Below the pieces are notes generated by a model. It made no database searches. It saw nothing but the letters and a program-made list of their open reading frames with translations, and had not been told where the DNA came from. From positions 1 to 44,997 of the IMG/VR virus record IMGVR_UViG_3300045988_058486: a DNA stretch of 44,997 nt. One strand, 5' to 3'. Shown piece after piece: positions 41,341-44,997 of this stretch. Position numbers and translations under genes: made by a program. Each line of letters begins with the position of its first letter. Positions within the stretch are counted from its first letter, which is position 1. The DNA comes from a virus.

Positions 41341-41507
41341 GCCTGAGCCTGTGGCAAAGTCGCTGGGGGTAAAATCAAGGCCCCGCCAACCGTTTTCACG
41401 GTCAGCGGGGCTGAATTATAGTCGCTCCAGCTCTGCGGACAATTCCGCAATTTTTCTTCTGGTTGATTCTTTTTTTGCGCTGCAACAAAGTCGAAAGTCG
41501 ATGAGGC

Positions 41508-42077
41508 TTATTCGCCCTTTTCGCCGTCAACTATAGTCGCTCCGCTCCCTCTCACGTCCTCCAGGTACTTCTTCCGCAGGTCCTCCGCCGAAGCTGCTTC
41601 GCCAAGCGGAGAGTCGGGCTTCAAAATCACTTCCTGCTGGTCCGTGTACCCCATGTTATTCTTCATCAAAAAGATTCCAGCCGTCGGATGAATTTTCCAG
41701 TTTTGCATATAATCCTCCATCTGGGCGTTAATAACATTTCGCGCCATTTTGATGGTGTCACGTGTAGAGTCGCTTAATTTCCTCCCCTCCGGGCTATTGG
41801 TGCACCATCTCCACAGGGTCATGCGGTCCACGCCGAATGCAAGCGCCAGCCCTGCGAACGTCGGTTTCATATCGTTTTTTTTGCACAGGGTAAAATAGTC
41901 GATGCAGCGTTGCTGCACTGCTTCCAGGCTGTCCATGTTGGGCTTGGGCCACTTCATGATTTCCAGGGAGTGGTTGATGTACTTGGTGTTGTCGCCGGGT
42001 TCCAGGTCAGGGATTTGATAGGGTTTTCTTTTGGGCTTTTCGGTGTTGGTCTGAGCGACCTCTTTTTTCTGCGCCAT
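41508..42077 (-). CDS. terS: Terminase small subunit
   Basis: CIDYFTLCKKNDMKPTFAGLALAFGVDRMTLWRW and AGIFLMKNNMGYTDQQEV match the common Firmicutes-phage TerS pattern. ATG follows AAAGGAGG. Confidence 0.8.
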   Translation of the reverse strand: MAQKKEVAQTNTEKPKRKPYQIPDLEPGDNTKYINHSLEIMKWPKPNMDSLEAVQQRCIDYFTLCKKNDMKPTFAGLALAFGVDRMTLWRWCTNSPEGRKLSDSTRDTIKMARNVINAQMEDYMQNWKIHPTAGIFLMKNNMGYTDQQEVILKPDSPLGEAASAEDLRKKYLEDVRGSGATIVDGEKGE

Positions 42078-42120
42078 AGTCGAATACCTCCTTTTACTTT
42101 CATAGTAATATTTTACTATC

Positions 42121-42192
42121 TTTTTTATAAATAAAACAGAAACACAAAAAGGGAATAGAATAATATATATATTATAATAATATAAGTACAGA
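42121..42192. repeat. AT-rich element, copy 1 (upstream of terS)
   Basis: About 70% identical by eye to 42928-42992. Shared core: ATAGAATA(A)TATATAT..TATA...TACAGA. Confidence 0.5.
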
Positions 42193-42200
42193 CTAATATA

Positions 42201-42895
42201 CTAGTCTGCCCCGGTGTTGCTGTTGAACAAGCATTGCTGGGCGGTGTATTGCTCCCAGGCGGCCTCTTGCTTATCAAAATACTCCTTGTCGATTTCCACG
42301 CCCAGGAAGTCCAGGTCAAAATCATAGGCGGCCCGACGGGAGCTTCCGCTGCCAAGGTGGGTGTCTAGGATTTTGTAACCGGGCTTTGTGTAGTGGGCGT
42401 ATATCCAGCGGTAAAGCTCCTCTGGCTTTTGCGTCGGGTGGAACCGGCCTGCTATGCCCGCAGACGACATTTTGATAACCTTTGCGTTATCATTGAAGCT
42501 GCACCAGGCGTATTCCGCCATCGCCATGGTAAAGTTTTCCGGTATGTTTGTTTTGAGCCAGACCAAAAAGCATCTGTTCGGCGGCAGCTGGAAATAGTTT
42601 CCTCCCCAGATGATTTGCTCTTTGGACACCCGGAAAAGCTCGTTGAAGTAATCCTCGCTGGGGGCATAGTCCCAGCTCACGATTTTTTTGCGTACTTTGC
42701 CGCCCACTTGCCGCCGGTCCTGGTTATCCTGTTTGTATCGATCGAACCGCCCGCCGAACCTTGTACCGTTGACATATGTACCCCCCCAGAACCATACGGA
42801 GGGTCCACAACGGCCAAATCAAAATACTTGTCCGGATACTGCCGCATAACGTCCATACAGTCTCCGTTGATTGCCGTACTTTCCGTTGCGCTCAC
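42201..42895 (-). pseudogene. N6/N4 DNA methyltransferase (beta class) split by a frame change in an A7 run; either a pseudogene or a -1 recoded/phase-variable gene
   Basis: The N-terminal ORF carries DPPYG and the C-terminal ORF carries HPTQKP and DTHLGSGSS. TGGKWAAKYAKK|IVSWDY is restored by a -1 shift at GCA AAA AAA TCG TGA (42683-42689). Confidence 0.8.
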
Positions 42896-42927
42896 TTCCC
42901 TTCTTATAGTTTAATGAATCTCTGTAT

Positions 42928-42992
42928 ATTTTTATATAACATAACACACATAAAAGAACATAGAATATATATTATATATACTCTATACAGAG
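42928..42992. repeat. AT-rich element, copy 2 (upstream of the methyltransferase)
   Basis: See copy 1. Also bracketed by the 9-nt inverted repeat CTCTGTATA (42920) / TATACAGAG (42984). Confidence 0.5.
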
Positions 42993-43006
42993 ATTATCTA
43001 AGTTAC

Positions 43007-43192
43007 TTAAATCTCCCCCGGAGCGAACGCCTCTCTGAGGCCGTTGTCGTACTTCACGACAGCGAATCTCCCCCGTGGGTGAATCCATACCACGGTAGCT
43101 TTTTCCTCCGAAGGATGCTCTCTCAGTCCGGCCTCACCGGCCCTGCCGAAAGACCAGGAGGGGATAATACTTACCCTGTCACCGATCCGCAT
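43007..43192 (-). CDS. Hypothetical protein (61 aa)
   Basis: ATG lies 8 nt after GGAGG. Confidence 0.5.
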   Translation of the reverse strand: MRIGDRVSIIPSWSFGRAGEAGLREHPSEEKATVVWIHPRGRFAVVKYDNGLREAFAPGEI

Positions 43193-43196
43193 CTTA

Positions 43197-43367
43197 TCAA
43201 CCTCCCAGCTCCGTGATCTTCCGCATCACATTCTCGGCCATGGCCCTTGCCCCGTCGATAAAGGCCAGATTCTCCCGTGCTTCCTGCTCCGTTTCTGGAT
43301 AGAGGTCCACATTGATCACGTCCATAAACAGCTCCCGCACATTATCCTTCGTCAACTGCTTTTCCAT
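43197..43367 (-). CDS. Small ORF (56 aa), below the ORF-track cut-off
   Basis: Hand translation gives MEKQLTKDNVRELFMDVINVDLYPETEQEARENLAFIDGARAMAENVMRKITELGG. ATG lies 6 nt after GAGGAGGG. Confidence 0.45.
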   Translation of the reverse strand: MEKQLTKDNVRELFMDVINVDLYPETEQEARENLAFIDGARAMAENVMRKITELGG

Positions 43368-43644
43368 CGTCAGCCCTCCTCTCTCCCTGGCTGCAAAAAT
43401 CGTCCTCCGTCGGACACCAGCCGATCTTTTTTCCGCTTACGCAGAGGTTATGTACTTTGCACCGGGCAAACCTCACGCCATCGGTCCTGACAGTTACGCC
43501 AGCCTCATCGCCCCAGTATTTGCAGTCCTTGCAACGCACCACCGGCACGCAGTTGTCCTCGATGGTCTTTACGGCTTTGAGATACTCCCGCAGTCCCTCA
43601 CCAGATCCATGCCTCAAAATCCAGAATGCTTGTTTGAGTTCCAT
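43342..43644 (-). CDS. Hypothetical Cys-rich protein (100 aa)
   Basis: RCKDCKYW...RCKV...WCPTEDDFC. Confidence 0.5.
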   Translation of the reverse strand: MELKQAFWILRHGSGEGLREYLKAVKTIEDNCVPVVRCKDCKYWGDEAGVTVRTDGVRFARCKVHNLCVSGKKIGWCPTEDDFCSQGERRADDGKAVDEG

Positions 43645-43648
43645 CTTT

Positions 43649-43858
43649 TTACTCCCCTTCGCTCCGCTGATAGGCTATAATGCGTTTGATTTTGTCGTAG
43701 CTTTCATCTGTTGTTGTAAAATCCTGTGACGTAGCATCAGGGCTGATAAACGCAAAATAAATCTTCGTCCCGTTCTCCGTTGGCCATATGTCCTCCACCC
43801 AGTCCAGGTTGACCAGCCGGGGCTTGCCCTGCTGATGCACCTCAATGAAATCAGCCAT
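43649..43858 (-). CDS. Hypothetical protein (69 aa)
   Basis: ATG follows GGAGGTG. The start overlaps the upstream stop. Confidence 0.5.
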   Translation of the reverse strand: MADFIEVHQQGKPRLVNLDWVEDIWPTENGTKIYFAFISPDATSQDFTTTDESYDKIKRIIAYQRSEGE

Positions 43859-44129
43859 TTTCCGCACCTCCGTCCATCTTCGCCCCGCAGTGAGGGCAGT
43901 ATGGCGGCTGATACTGCTTGTTTGGCTCATTACAAACAGTACAGTACGCCTTGTATTCCGGTCCGGTATCGGTCTCCATCCCAGTGGGCCTCATTTCCCA
44001 CCGCCCATGCCGCACCGGGGCAACGTCGGCGGCGGGGAACTCGTCAAATTCCTTCTCCGGCATTTCGGGCAAATACCCGCAGCAGAGATATTTCCCCTTG
44101 AACGCCTCCCGACTTATGTAATCATCCAT
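43851..44129 (-). CDS. Hypothetical zinc-ribbon protein (92 aa)
   Basis: CTVC...CPHCG. ATG follows GGGAGGACGGG. Confidence 0.5.
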   Translation of the reverse strand: MDDYISREAFKGKYLCCGYLPEMPEKEFDEFPAADVAPVRHGRWEMRPTGMETDTGPEYKAYCTVCNEPNKQYQPPYCPHCGAKMDGGAENG

Positions 44130-44437
44130 TTCCCGTCCTCCCATTTTACTTTTGCGCCGAAGTATATGCGCAGCCTCGGCTTAACATCCTCCGGCACGTC
44201 CGGTTTCAGGACGTTCGCCCACGCCAGCACCCGCCAGAACGGATTGTTCTCGCCAATGCTGTCAAAATACCGTCTTTTGGCATCGTACCATTCGGTTGTG
44301 ATCTCAATGTCGCCCTTGTGGATAAGCTCCCCACCGGAGGGCAGCGGGTCAATGTCCCGCATTGCCTCCAGGATGATGTAATAATCTCCGCTTTCCGGCG
44401 GGGCGATTGTGCCTTTAATCCAGTTTACCTCAGCCAA
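44114..44437 (-). CDS. Hypothetical protein (107 aa; TTG start, uncertain)
   Basis: ORF-track entry. Its only upstream-most start is TTG, 12 nt after GGAGG. Confidence 0.4.
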   Translation of the reverse strand: MAEVNWIKGTIAPPESGDYYIILEAMRDIDPLPSGGELIHKGDIEITTEWYDAKRRYFDSIGENNPFWRVLAWANVLKPDVPEDVKPRLRIYFGAKVKWEDGKWMIT

Positions 44438-44997
44438 TGTACTCTACTGCCTCCTGTCGGTTGACGAAAAAGTGGATTCCTGCGGCGCATTCCAGGAAAC
44501 GGTTATCGCAGAAATCCGGGACGGAAACGGTCTCTCCGACCCTGTATAAAAACTCCTCGTCTCTGTCGCTGGTTACGACATCAACATCAGCCTTAGTCCC
44601 ATCCGGATTCTGGATTTCCAATACGATAGCCTTATCGCACCGGCACTTCCTGCCAGCGGACGAGCTGCGTTTTGCATCTTCTGGGATGAACAGCTTTACG
44701 ATATATCCACGGGCTTTTTTCCAGCCGGTAAAAGAGCCGTTATCCGGGCAAGCCATCGGGACATACGGGATGTTTTTTGCCCAAATCAGGTCGGCCCTGG
44801 ACAGGCTGGCCCCGGACAGGTTGGCCCAGGACAGGTTGGCCCCGGACAGGTTGGCCCCGGACAGGTCGGCCCCGGACAGGTCGGCCCCGAACAGGTCGGC
44901 CCAGGACAGGTTGGCCCCGGACAGGCTGGCCCTGGACAAGTTGGCCCTGGACAGGCTGGCCCCGGACAGGTTGGCCCCGGACAGGTTGGCCCCGGAC
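44430..44997 (-). CDS. Pentapeptide-repeat protein, C-terminal part (repeats plus a roughly 115-aa non-repeat domain); joined with 1-300 it gives about 270 aa
   Basis: [23 protein letters not shown] repeats are followed by [21 protein letters not shown]...[19 protein letters not shown]. The frame is continuous across the junction (44942 to 44430 is 171 codons). Confidence 0.85.
   Translation of the reverse strand, partial: SGANLSGANLSGASLSRANLSRASLSGANLSWADLFGADLSGADLSGANLSGANLSWANLSGASLSRADLIWAKNIPYVPMACPDNGSFTGWKKARGYIVKLFIPEDAKRSSSAGRKCRCDKAIVLEIQNPDGTKADVDVVTSDRDEEFLYRVGETVSVPDFCDNRFLECAAGIHFFVNRQEAVEYIG
44943..44997. repeat. Terminal direct repeat (copy of nt 1-55)
   Basis: Exact 55/55 identity read directly. 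Confidence 0.8.

Noticed and set aside
40884-41372. 162-aa plus-strand ORF and 105-aa minus-strand ORF (41133-41450) in the region downstream of terS
   Set aside because: The translations are P/R/A/S-rich with no SD sequence or domain-like pattern. Both strands are open, as expected for GC-rich non-coding DNA, so the region is treated as non-coding (see finding).
1-44997. Retron, diversity-generating retroelement, CRISPR-Cas or group II intron
   Set aside because: No reverse-transcriptase-like ORF, no repeat-spacer array and no Cas-like genes were seen in any frame of the window.

Overview
The window appears to be a complete, circularly closed phage genome. The first 55 nt are identical to the last 55 nt, leaving about 44,942 unique bp. 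It looks like a temperate siphovirus-type phage of a Gram-positive, probably Clostridia-like, host; the host call is inference from Spo0A-like, BclA-like, LysM/CW_7 and Dp-1-holin-like genes. About 85% of the coding is on the minus strand.

Modules, in window coordinates:
- 293-9351 (-): early, replication and recombination genes. These include a C5 DNA methyltransferase, a PAPS-reductase-like PP-loop enzyme, a helicase loader, a DnaD-like organizer, RusA, SSB, RecT, a YqaJ exonuclease and a stand-alone Spo0A effector-domain protein.
- 9388-12650: lysogeny switch with back-to-back promoters, an XRE repressor, a membrane-anchored XRE protein and a large serine integrase (+ strand).
- 12672-15666: two self-contained accessory cassettes.
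- 15689-31125 (-): lysis, tail, head-tail and capsid genes.
- 31232-32388: an Rha regulator and two tRNAs wedged between scaffold and portal.
- 32372-36194: portal, a low-GC AP2/HNH-like gene and TerL.
- 36289-41507: a 5.2-kb mosaic island separating TerL from TerS (41508-42077). It carries a DUF4160/DUF2442 pair, a second truncated serine recombinase, repeated operator clusters, a plus-strand GC-rich operon, a toxin-like micropeptide and a 0.5-kb repeat-rich non-coding tract.
- 42201-42895: a DNA methyltransferase interrupted at an A7 tract.
- 43007-44437: small early genes.
- 44430-44997 joined to 1-300: a pentapeptide-repeat gene that crosses the circular junction.

All functional calls rest on motifs I recognise in the translated ORFs plus gene order. 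No database search was run.
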